Assembly (NCBI GenBank): GCA_902567945.1 | Contig: CACFOC010000001.1 | Location: 20,343 to 84,342, forward strand | Length of the DNA: 64,000 nt | Source of the DNA: an uncultured Pelagibacteraceae bacterium | GTDB taxonomy: Bacteria > Pseudomonadota > Alphaproteobacteria > Pelagibacterales > Pelagibacteraceae | Direction of reading: 5' to 3' | Shown: positions 26,981 to 35,286 of the stretch, piece after piece | Position numbering within the stretch: position 1 is the stretch's first letter | Layout: each line of letters begins with the position of its first letter | The notes under the pieces: model-generated | Told to the model about the DNA's origin: nothing | What the model saw: only the letters and a program-made list of their open reading frames with translations | Databases searched by the model: none | Made by a program: the position numbers and the translations under genes

Positions 26981-27013
26981 AAAAAAAAGGGCGCTAATCA
27001 ACTCTTAGCGCCC
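26981..27013 (-). terminator. Rho-independent terminator after amt and the 80-aa ORF
   Basis: The minus strand reads GGGCGCTAA-gagttga-TTAGCGCCC followed by T8. Confidence 0.7.
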
Positions 27014-27033
27014 AAATTTTTTAGTATTTTATA

Positions 27034-27276
27034 TTACCATTCGGCAATATTCTTTTTATAGTCGTTAGCTCCTGGTCTTTTTCTAGCCAACTTTTGCTGC
27101 TCTTCAGCTTCTCCAGCTCCAGTAGAAACATGGAACCAAAGCCAAAAAACTACCGCAACAGTTAACCACATCCATTCCATGCCAACCGCAGGATAAATGT
27201 CAGCTACTTGTACTCCTTCAGTCGCTGCATCAACATCTGTTGTAAGATGTTTTATCCAATCTGTTACTTGTGCCAT
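27034..27276 (-). CDS. 80-aa single-TM protein co-transcribed with amt
   Basis: SD GAGAGGA precedes the start, and the gap after the amt stop is 24 nt. The hydrophobic core is MEWMWLTVAVVFWLWFHV. Confidence 0.55.
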   Translation of the reverse strand: MAQVTDWIKHLTTDVDAATEGVQVADIYPAVGMEWMWLTVAVVFWLWFHVSTGAGEAEEQQKLARKRPGANDYKKNIAEW

Positions 27277-27300
27277 AATTTATTCCTCTCTATATATTAA

Positions 27301-28692
27301 TTAACCGACTGCTCTTTCGTCTTTTCTAGCCTGTTCAATTATATTGTAGTCTAGACCTGCTAACTCAACTTCACGAGGTATACGTAATTTACCTGCTCCA
27401 TGAAGTATTTTAGCTAAGATCCAACCTGGCAAGAAACCAAGAACACCGAACATTATTATAGCTCCGATAAACATTCCAAGAGGATTGATTGGTGCATAAT
27501 CAGTACCAACCCACATAGATCCTACACTGTATCCAGATGAAGGATATCCCCATAAAACGAAACCACAAATAATAAGACCGACAACACCAGCGTAACCGTG
27601 TACAGCTACAGCTCCTACAGCATCATCAATTTTAAATTTACGTTCAACATAATAATGTAATTTATAAGCACACCATGTACCAAAAGCTGCAATCATCATT
27701 GCTTGCAGAGGATGATATAAATCATTTCCTGCAGATGCAGTGATAATTCCTGCTAGTCCACCAGAGTAAGTCCAGAACGGATCTCCTTTAGAAACCCAGT
27801 ATCCAGCCAACAATCCTCCAGATAAAGACATCAAGAAATTAAATGTAATACCACTAAGTGTAGTTGGTGTTACATAAATACTTGTTGCGGTATAGAATGT
27901 TACTCCATCTCCCAAACCATATTCTGGTCCAAGATCGAATATAGGTATATTACATGCTGCGTAGAATCCCCAGAAACCTGTGTAAATTAAAAACAACCCA
28001 ATTGCTACGAACCATGGGTTTCTTGGTCCAATGTTTCTTGGTTCTCCGCTAGATGAAAATTTTCCTATACGTGGGCCTAATACAGCCAGAACTCCTAGTG
28101 CAAATCCACCAGCTATGGCATGAATTACTCCCGATGCGTACGCGTCGTGATAACCTAGTAATTTAAGCATCCAACCATCAAAGTGCCATCCCCAAGCAGC
28201 ATCGATTGTCCAGAATACAGACCCAATTGCGATAGCTAAAATACCAAATGCAAAAGTTGTAATTCTTTCAATGATTGCGCCAGAGACGATTGATGCAGCA
28301 GTCCAAGAAAATAAAAGGAACGCTGCCCAAAACACACCGCTAATGTGGTCACCTAAGTTAACCGCCATTAAGTTGCTTGTAGGTACGTACCATGTAGCAC
28401 TAAACAAACTTTCGTCTGTAATTAGTGCAGCACTTTCGTTCATAATTGAAGGTGCTAGTCCTGGTCCTGTTGGAAATGCCCAATAAATCCACCAACCAAA
28501 GAAAAACCAAGTTACTGTTACCAGTGGTATCAGCATTGTGTTTTTCATTAGAGTGTGTTGATGGTGTTTGTAACGTGATGCTCCAACTTCATACATACAG
28601 AATCCCACGTGAATTAAAAACATGAGTACTACTGTGATCCAGTAGTAAAATTCCGTAAAGATGGTCATTAGAGCTCCTAATCCATCAGTCAT
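27301..28692 (-). CDS. amt: Ammonium/methylammonium transporter (Amt family)
   Basis: The Amt signature is KIDDAVGAVAVHGYAGVVGLI. I trimmed the start to the ATG at 28692 (MTDGLGAL...) because GGGAGGAG lies 6 nt upstream. The track start is 28746. Confidence 0.85.
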   Translation of the reverse strand: MTDGLGALMTIFTEFYYWITVVLMFLIHVGFCMYEVGASRYKHHQHTLMKNTMLIPLVTVTWFFFGWWIYWAFPTGPGLAPSIMNESAALITDESLFSATWYVPTSNLMAVNLGDHISGVFWAAFLLFSWTAASIVSGAIIERITTFAFGILAIAIGSVFWTIDAAWGWHFDGWMLKLLGYHDAYASGVIHAIAGGFALGVLAVLGPRIGKFSSSGEPRNIGPRNPWFVAIGLFLIYTGFWGFYAACNIPIFDLGPEYGLGDGVTFYTATSIYVTPTTLSGITFNFLMSLSGGLLAGYWVSKGDPFWTYSGGLAGIITASAGNDLYHPLQAMMIAAFGTWCAYKLHYYVERKFKIDDAVGAVAVHGYAGVVGLIICGFVLWGYPSSGYSVGSMWVGTDYAPINPLGMFIGAIIMFGVLGFLPGWILAKILHGAGKLRIPREVELAGLDYNIIEQARKDERAVG

Positions 28693-28814
28693 ATTTTTCT
28701 CCTCCCTTAATAAAACTCCAAATAGTCTATTAGGTGCGACAAACACTACAAGTGTCTAGAGTCATTGATAGGTAATAGTTTTTTATATTAAATCAACTTC
28801 TGATTGTATTTTTA

Positions 28815-29210
28815 TTAGAATTTTTTGTAAGCTTTTTTCAAATCAACAAGAGGGTGATTTGGAGACATTTGAAATTTAATTAGCAATTCTCTTGCAATCA
28901 TATCTCTATCTTGTTGGCTGTCTGGTAATTTTATTTTTTTAGGAATAGTAACCCAGCCATTTGCATTTCTGCAAAAAACAGCTGGCCGTCCTTCTTCATA
29001 TCCCATATGAACATCTTCCAGCCAATTTAAATCATCCCAACCCATATGATCAATATATTTTTTAAGAAAAGGAGTAACCTTTTTATAATCTGGCAGCAAG
29101 TTTACATCATATCGATAACCAATATGTTGACCAATCATTTTTTCTCTAGAACTCTCTTTTTCTTTTGGTTTAGAAATTTTTTTTATTTTTTTATTTTTTT
29201 TCTTAGGCAT
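28815..29210 (-). CDS. Hypothetical 131-aa protein with a lysine-rich N-terminus, last gene of the mgs operon
   Basis: It starts 5 nt after the mgsC stop. I recognise no family. Confidence 0.5.
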   Translation of the reverse strand: MPKKKNKKIKKISKPKEKESSREKMIGQHIGYRYDVNLLPDYKKVTPFLKKYIDHMGWDDLNWLEDVHMGYEEGRPAVFCRNANGWVTIPKKIKLPDSQQDRDMIARELLIKFQMSPNHPLVDLKKAYKKF

Positions 29211-29215
29211 ATTAT

Positions 29216-30589
29216 CTAAATTTTATGGTAATCATCCACTCCTACAGTATGGTTTGTTCCTGTTAATGGAACTTTTGCTAAAGCAGAAGCTTCCATTGTT
29301 AACGCTGCTAAATCTTCTGGTTCTAAGGAATGAACATTAGTTTTTCCACAAGCACGAGCTAGCAATTGTAATTCTAATGCCATTGAATGCAGATAATTAT
29401 AAACTCTTAACGCTGCATCATCAGGGTTTAATCTTTTTCTTAATTTTGGATTTTGTGTTGCCACACCCACTGGACAACGACCTGTATGACAGTGGTAACA
29501 ATGTCCAGCTTTAACTCCCATTTCTTTTTCAAAATCAACTCCTGGGATTTCTTTATTGCAATTTAGAGCTATCATTGAGCCTGTTCCAATAGCAACCGCA
29601 TCAGCGCCTAATGCCAAAGCTTTTGCTAAATCTGCGCCATCTCTAACCCCGCCAGCATAAATTAAAGTCACTTTTCCAGTTTGTCCCACATCATCCAAAG
29701 CTCTTCTTGCTTCACGAATAGCGGCTATACCAGGAATACCAGTATTGGCTGCAGCGATATGAGGTCCGGCACCAGTAGATCCTTCCATGCCATCTAAATA
29801 AATTGAATCAGGATCGCACTTTGCTGCCATACGAACATCATCATAAACTTTAGCAGCTCCTAATTTCAATTGTATTGGAACTTGATTATTTGTTAGTTCT
29901 CTTAATTCTTGGACTTTTAAAAAAAGATCATCTGGTCCTAACCAGTCAGGGTGTCTGGCTGGAGAACGTTGATCAATTCCTGATGGAAGCGAACGCATTT
30001 CAGCTACTTGGTCAGTAACTTTTTGACCCATAAGGTGACCACCCATTCCAACTTTTTGACCTTGTCCTATAAAAACTTCTATACCGTCCGCTAATTGCGC
30101 ATGATGAGGATTAAATCCGTATCGTGATTGTATACATTGGTAAAACCATTTTTCTGAATATCTTCTTTCATCTGGGATCATACCACCTTCACCTGAACAT
30201 GTGGCACTTCCAGCCATTGTTGCTCCTCTAGCTAATGCAGTTTTAGCTTCATAAGAAAGAGCTCCAAAACTCATTCCTGTTATATAAACAGGAATATCTA
30301 ATTCGATTGGATTTTTGCAACGAGGTCCAATAATTGTTTTTGTTTCACATTTTTCTCTATAACCTTCGATAACAAATCTTGTAAGAGTTCCTGGTAAAAA
30401 TACCAAGTCATCAAATGTTGGTATTTTTCTCATTAAAGCCATACCACGCATTCTGTACCGACCTAGCTGTGCTTTAATATGTATGTCGTCAATAACCTCA
30501 GGTGTAAAAATTGAATTTTGTCCTAATAAACTTTTATTTCTACCTTTTGTAACTTTAAGACTACCATTAGTTTTTTTCTTTTTAGCCAT
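29216..30589 (-). CDS. mgsC: N-methylglutamate synthase subunit C (FMN-binding glutamate-synthase domain protein)
   Basis: 457 aa with a GltB FMN-domain-like sequence (GMEGSTGAGP, GGVRDGADLAKALALGADAV). The gene order A-B-C matches mgsABC. Confidence 0.75.
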   Translation of the reverse strand: MAKKKKTNGSLKVTKGRNKSLLGQNSIFTPEVIDDIHIKAQLGRYRMRGMALMRKIPTFDDLVFLPGTLTRFVIEGYREKCETKTIIGPRCKNPIELDIPVYITGMSFGALSYEAKTALARGATMAGSATCSGEGGMIPDERRYSEKWFYQCIQSRYGFNPHHAQLADGIEVFIGQGQKVGMGGHLMGQKVTDQVAEMRSLPSGIDQRSPARHPDWLGPDDLFLKVQELRELTNNQVPIQLKLGAAKVYDDVRMAAKCDPDSIYLDGMEGSTGAGPHIAAANTGIPGIAAIREARRALDDVGQTGKVTLIYAGGVRDGADLAKALALGADAVAIGTGSMIALNCNKEIPGVDFEKEMGVKAGHCYHCHTGRCPVGVATQNPKLRKRLNPDDAALRVYNYLHSMALELQLLARACGKTNVHSLEPEDLAALTMEASALAKVPLTGTNHTVGVDDYHKI

Positions 30590-30590
30590 T

Positions 30591-31433
30591 TTAAATTGCT
30601 CCTTTTTTTTCTGACGGTTCTAAAGCATCATAGTTCCAAAGCTTTTTACCAGCTACTACTTTAGTCATTTTACTGAAATCAAAATCAGAACCTATTTCTG
30701 CGACTTTTAATTTTCTTTTTAACCAGGATATATCGTCAGAAGTTATTTTTGATTTTATAGCATCACTACCAAATGATTTAATTTTTCCACCAATAAAAAT
30801 TGTTCCATCATACATAGAGTCCCCCAAGTTAATACCCGCATCTCCCAAAACAATTATTCTTCCTCTTTGCATCATAAATCCTGTAAACGCTCCAGCATCT
30901 CCACCAACAATGATAGTTCCGCCTTTCATATCAATTCCTGTTCTTGCGCCAACGCTACCTTTGCAAACTAAATCTCCACCTCGAATAGCTGCACCAAAAC
31001 AAGATCCAGCATTTTTTTCGATAACCACTTTTCCTGCCATCATATTTTCAGCACAAGACCAACCAACTCTTCCTGTTATTCTTACAACTGGTCCGTCAAT
31101 AGAACCAACTCCAAAATATCCGAGAGAACCTTCAAAAATTAAATTTAATTTATTTAAAATACCTACACCCAAACTATGTTTTCCTTGTGGGTTTTTTACA
31201 ACTACCGAACCATAACCTTCTTTCATTAAAGAATGTAATTTGTCATTAAGTTGTGCAGCAGTTAAATCCATAGCATCAATCTCAGTTCTTTTGTTAAAAT
31301 CAACGTCATGAGCGCCATAATAGAAAAAATTTTCTGCTTCTTCAGGATTAAAAAATACTTGTTGAGTTCTCCCTGTCAGAACTTCTTTATGTAATCCCAT
31401 AGATTTAGATTTAGAATTTTTTAAATTTGCCAT
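30591..31433 (-). CDS. mgsB: N-methylglutamate synthase subunit B (GXGXG-motif beta-helix domain)
   Basis: 280 aa. Repeated G-x-G segments are present (GDAGAFTGFMMQRGRIIVLGDAG). Confidence 0.7.
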   Translation of the reverse strand: MANLKNSKSKSMGLHKEVLTGRTQQVFFNPEEAENFFYYGAHDVDFNKRTEIDAMDLTAAQLNDKLHSLMKEGYGSVVVKNPQGKHSLGVGILNKLNLIFEGSLGYFGVGSIDGPVVRITGRVGWSCAENMMAGKVVIEKNAGSCFGAAIRGGDLVCKGSVGARTGIDMKGGTIIVGGDAGAFTGFMMQRGRIIVLGDAGINLGDSMYDGTIFIGGKIKSFGSDAIKSKITSDDISWLKRKLKVAEIGSDFDFSKMTKVVAGKKLWNYDALEPSEKKGAI

Positions 31434-32365
31434 ACTTTCACTTCTCCATCATAAGGATCATAGGTATCTATTTCTTGAGGCAACAAAGTCCGAATAGCTA
31501 TTTCTTCAGAACCTAATGCTACCAAATCATCAGATTCATACAAAACCATTGGTTTTGCTGCCATAGTATCTTTTGCCATACCCAAGGAATCTTTTGTCGC
31601 TACTAAATAAGTGAAAACTCCATCTAGTTCTTTTAAAGAATCTTGCATGCCATCTTTTAAAGATGCACCATTTCTCATTTTTTGAGCTAGGTACACCGCA
31701 ATAAGTTCTGAATCACATTCTGACATAAAACGCATTCCTTTATTTTCAAGAGCTCTTCTATTATTCCAGTAATTTGTTAATTGACCATTGTGAACTACGG
31801 ATACATCACTAAATGGATATCCCCAGAAAGGGTGAGCTGAGCGTATATCAACACCAGACTCAGTAGCCATTCTTGAATGTCCGATTGCATGTGTTCCTTT
31901 TATTTTATCTAATCCATATTGTTTAGATACAACGCTTGCATCCCCAATATCTTTTACTAACTCTAAACTTTTGCCAAGAGATAGTATTTCTGTCATGTCT
32001 ACACTTTCAATTTTTTTAGAAAATTCCATCAAATCTTTGTCATATTTTATGCAATATCTAAATGAATATGGTGTTAACTGAGCATCGTTAACTATACTTC
32101 CACCGAGATCTCTGATGTGTTTGTCTACTTCTTTTCTTCTTGCGTCATAAACTGATTTTTCTTCATTGACGGCTGTACTTCCTTCTGCAACATTTTCTCC
32201 AACCTTAAAGCGCATTATATAATCTCCTTGATTATTACCCTTTCCATATAATGCAAATCCTGTTGAATCCGGACCTCTATGTTTAAGAGCCTGCAACATA
32301 TCTTGTAGTTCCTTACCGATATTTACAGTTTTCCCTTTATGAATTAGTCCAGCTATTCCACACAT
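31421..32365 (-). CDS. mgsA: N-methylglutamate synthase subunit A (class-II/Ntn glutamine amidotransferase domain)
   Basis: 314 aa with N-terminal MCGIAG. It overlaps mgsB by 13 nt. Confidence 0.75.
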   Translation of the reverse strand: MCGIAGLIHKGKTVNIGKELQDMLQALKHRGPDSTGFALYGKGNNQGDYIMRFKVGENVAEGSTAVNEEKSVYDARRKEVDKHIRDLGGSIVNDAQLTPYSFRYCIKYDKDLMEFSKKIESVDMTEILSLGKSLELVKDIGDASVVSKQYGLDKIKGTHAIGHSRMATESGVDIRSAHPFWGYPFSDVSVVHNGQLTNYWNNRRALENKGMRFMSECDSELIAVYLAQKMRNGASLKDGMQDSLKELDGVFTYLVATKDSLGMAKDTMAAKPMVLYESDDLVALGSEEIAIRTLLPQEIDTYDPYDGEVKVWQI

Positions 32366-32386
32366 AATTTATTTCCTTTTTTAAGA

Positions 32387-33856
32387 CTATGGTAAACAAT
32401 CCAAATAGGTATCAAGATCCCATTGCGTAGTAGCGCCTAAGAATTTTTCCCATTCATCATTTTTATACCAATGAAAAACTTTGTACATTTCATCAGGCAT
32501 TGCTGATTTAATCACTTCATCTTCTGCTAATCTGTCTAAAGCCTCTCCTAAACTTAATGGAAGTTTTTTGACATCTTTACCTGCTTTTTTAGCTTCATAC
32601 ATACTTCTAGATTCAGGCTTAGATGGTGTTAGTTTTTTTGAAATACCATGATCACACGCTTTTAATAAAGCTGCACCTAAAAGATATGGATTATGCATAG
32701 AGTCAACTGATCTATACTCAAATCTTCCAGGAGCTGATACTCTTAAACCACAAGTTCTGTTTTGGTATCCCCAATCAGCATAAACTGGAGCCCAGAAACC
32801 TTGATCCCAAAGTCTTCTGTAAGAATTAACTGTTGAAGATCCTAATGCAGTTAAAGCAGGCAAGTGTTCCATTATTCCAGCAATGGACTGTAAACCAATT
32901 TTACCTGGTAGTTGCATATCTTTAGTATCAGGCATGAAAGTATTTGTGCCTCCCTGCACATAACCAAACACTTCTTCTACTCCAGGTAATTTTTTATTAC
33001 CTAATTTGTTTGTTACAACTTTTCCACCTTTCCATAAAGACATGTTTGTATGGCAACCACTTGCAGATACACCCATAAAAGGTTTTGTCATGAAGCATGC
33101 TATTAAATTATGTTCTCTAGCAACTTGCGCACAAATTTGTCTGTAAGTAGAAAGTCTATCAGCGTTTCTTAAAACATTATCGTATGTCCAGTTTAATTCT
33201 AATTGTCCTGGAGCATCTTCATGGTCACCTTGAATCATATCTAAACCCATGGCTGAAGCGTACTCAATTACTTTCATAAACACAGGTCTTAATGATTCAA
33301 ATTGATCAATGTGATAACAGTATGGTTTAGAAAAACCTGATCCAGTAGGGGTTCCGTCAGAATTTTTTGTTAACCACATCATTTCAGGTTCAGTTCCAAC
33401 TCTCAATTCTAATCCATGTTTTTTCTCAAATTCATCCATAAATATTCTGAGATTTCCTCGGCAATCAGAGGTTAAATGTCCTCCTGGATTTTGTCTTTCT
33501 TCTCTGTTTCTAAAACATGTAACAAAAACTCTTCCAATTCTTTTATCCCAAGGTAATTGACAGAAAGTTTCAGGATCAGGTATACCAACAAGTTCCATAG
33601 CTTCAGGGCCGTAACCGATATAATTTTTGTGTCTGTCTACAAATAAGTTGGCAGTAGATCCATAAACTAATTGAAAACCTTTTTCTGCAGTTCTTTCCCA
33701 ATGGTCTGCGGGAATTCCTTTACCAACAACACGTCCTGTTACAGATATAAATTGGTAATAAATGTATGTAATTCCTAATTCGTTAATTTTTTCTCTAACT
33801 TTTTTAACTAACTTATCACGTCCTGGCTGGTTAACGTGCTTTTCTAGATCTGTCAT
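32387..33856 (-). CDS. Glutamine-synthetase-family ligase (489 aa), gamma-glutamylmethylamide synthetase candidate by synteny with mgsABC
   Basis: GS catalytic motifs are HEDAPGQLELN, SGCHTNMSLW and NSYRR. It lies immediately upstream of mgsA. Confidence 0.7.
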   Translation of the reverse strand: MTDLEKHVNQPGRDKLVKKVREKINELGITYIYYQFISVTGRVVGKGIPADHWERTAEKGFQLVYGSTANLFVDRHKNYIGYGPEAMELVGIPDPETFCQLPWDKRIGRVFVTCFRNREERQNPGGHLTSDCRGNLRIFMDEFEKKHGLELRVGTEPEMMWLTKNSDGTPTGSGFSKPYCYHIDQFESLRPVFMKVIEYASAMGLDMIQGDHEDAPGQLELNWTYDNVLRNADRLSTYRQICAQVAREHNLIACFMTKPFMGVSASGCHTNMSLWKGGKVVTNKLGNKKLPGVEEVFGYVQGGTNTFMPDTKDMQLPGKIGLQSIAGIMEHLPALTALGSSTVNSYRRLWDQGFWAPVYADWGYQNRTCGLRVSAPGRFEYRSVDSMHNPYLLGAALLKACDHGISKKLTPSKPESRSMYEAKKAGKDVKKLPLSLGEALDRLAEDEVIKSAMPDEMYKVFHWYKNDEWEKFLGATTQWDLDTYLDCLP

Positions 33857-33938
33857 AAAACCAATCCTCCCTCAAAGATTTATGTTTGAACTTTTTACTT
33901 GGAAATATGTTAGCTGAAAAACAAATTCCCGTCCAGAT

Positions 33939-35285
33939 TTAGCTCCAAGGAAATGGACTGCTAGATACTGGGTGTAATTGACCTTTCGCGTATCGATTGA
34001 ATCTAAAAGGTTTTAATAATGTGCTTTCTTTTCCTAAAATTTCATCAGAAACAAGATCTCCTACTCCAATCATTTTGTAACCGTGGTTTGAGTCAGCTAT
34101 TATGTAAACATTTTCACAAAATTTATCAAAGATTGGAAAAGAATCTGGTGTGAAGCAACCTAGTCCTCCAGACGGACCCTTGTGGTAAGTTTTTATTTTT
34201 CCTTTAAATCTTTTTTGACAATGTGCCAAAGCAGAACACCACATATGAGCAAATTCCGGCGTTGTTTGATATTCTGGAGAAGCAGGACCATAAGGATCAA
34301 CTTTTACATCATCCACAGGTCTCATGATTTTGTAAGGAGCTGAACCTCCTTGAACACCTTTAAAATTAAAGTCTGGTTTGTAATATATTCCCCACATTTT
34401 ATCAGTAATTAATGAACCATCAACATCTGAAAATAAGTGTGCATCACTGTCAACATGAATTACCGGTGGCATTTTACCATCATCAGTTTTTTGCATGTTT
34501 GGGTCTACTCCCAAAACACCTTCTGTTAACATCCAATATATCCACATTGGATAATCTTTATGAGTTTTACCTTTTTCATCTTTAATTGAAATTTTTTTAG
34601 GAAGTTCAAGCATATCCCAAAAGCTTTTTACCCAAGGACCAGCACCAACAATTACTTGCTCGCAATCAATAGTTCCTTTTGAAGTTACAACTCCAGTTAC
34701 TGCTTTACTATTACTTCCTCTTTTAAAACCTGTAACTTCTGCTCCCGTTATAATTCTTACACCAAAACTTTCTGCTTTATTTGCTAATCCATAAATTGAA
34801 GCTGTGTTGTTCGCGTAACCACCTCTTTTTTCATGCAAAACAGAAGTAATTCCTTTTGCTTGCCAATCATGAAACATATTTTTCATATATTTCATTGAGT
34901 CATCTTTTCCTTCAATAAATTCGGATTCATAACCAATTGATTTTTGTTGATCATAAATACTTGCAACATCTTTATGCATACTTTCTGGACTTATCTGCAT
35001 ATATCCAACAGGGTGATAACTAAAATTTTTTGGGTCACTTTCCCAAACTTTAACACTGTGCATCATTAATTCTCTCATAGCAGGTTGAAAATAATTATTT
35101 CTAACAACTCCGCATGCAACACCACTTGCTCCAGATGCAATTCCACTTTTATCTAAAACAACAATATCGTTGTTTGCAGAATTACCATTTTTTTTCTTAA
35201 GTTTTTCTGATAGGTGCCAAGCTGTACTTAAACCGTGTATTCCAGCACCTATTACTACAAATCTTGCTTTTTTTGGAAATGCCAT
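33939..35285 (-). CDS. SoxB/DAO-family FAD-dependent amine oxidoreductase (448 aa), substrate unknown
   Basis: The N-terminal sequence FVVIGAGIHGLSTAWHL resembles SoxB GGGGHGLATAYYL. It starts 2 nt after the tdm stop. Confidence 0.75.
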   Translation of the reverse strand: MAFPKKARFVVIGAGIHGLSTAWHLSEKLKKKNGNSANNDIVVLDKSGIASGASGVACGVVRNNYFQPAMRELMMHSVKVWESDPKNFSYHPVGYMQISPESMHKDVASIYDQQKSIGYESEFIEGKDDSMKYMKNMFHDWQAKGITSVLHEKRGGYANNTASIYGLANKAESFGVRIITGAEVTGFKRGSNSKAVTGVVTSKGTIDCEQVIVGAGPWVKSFWDMLELPKKISIKDEKGKTHKDYPMWIYWMLTEGVLGVDPNMQKTDDGKMPPVIHVDSDAHLFSDVDGSLITDKMWGIYYKPDFNFKGVQGGSAPYKIMRPVDDVKVDPYGPASPEYQTTPEFAHMWCSALAHCQKRFKGKIKTYHKGPSGGLGCFTPDSFPIFDKFCENVYIIADSNHGYKMIGVGDLVSDEILGKESTLLKPFRFNRYAKGQLHPVSSSPFPWS

Positions 35286-35286
35286 A

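Noticed and set aside
26963-27001. Longer version of the micro-ORF (60 aa from 27001)
   Set aside because: Its first 13 codons are the terminator hairpin and T-run of the upstream amt operon.
28693-28746. 17-codon N-terminal extension of the Amt ORF (MFVAPNRLFGVLLREEKN)
   Set aside because: The extension contains the strong SD GGGAGGAG for the internal ATG at 28692. An Amt starting at MTDGLG fits the family better.
30910-31215. 101-aa plus-strand ORF inside mgsB
   Set aside because: It is antisense to a gene with clear GXGXG-domain homology. The Pro-rich translation is the mirror of the Gly-rich repeats.
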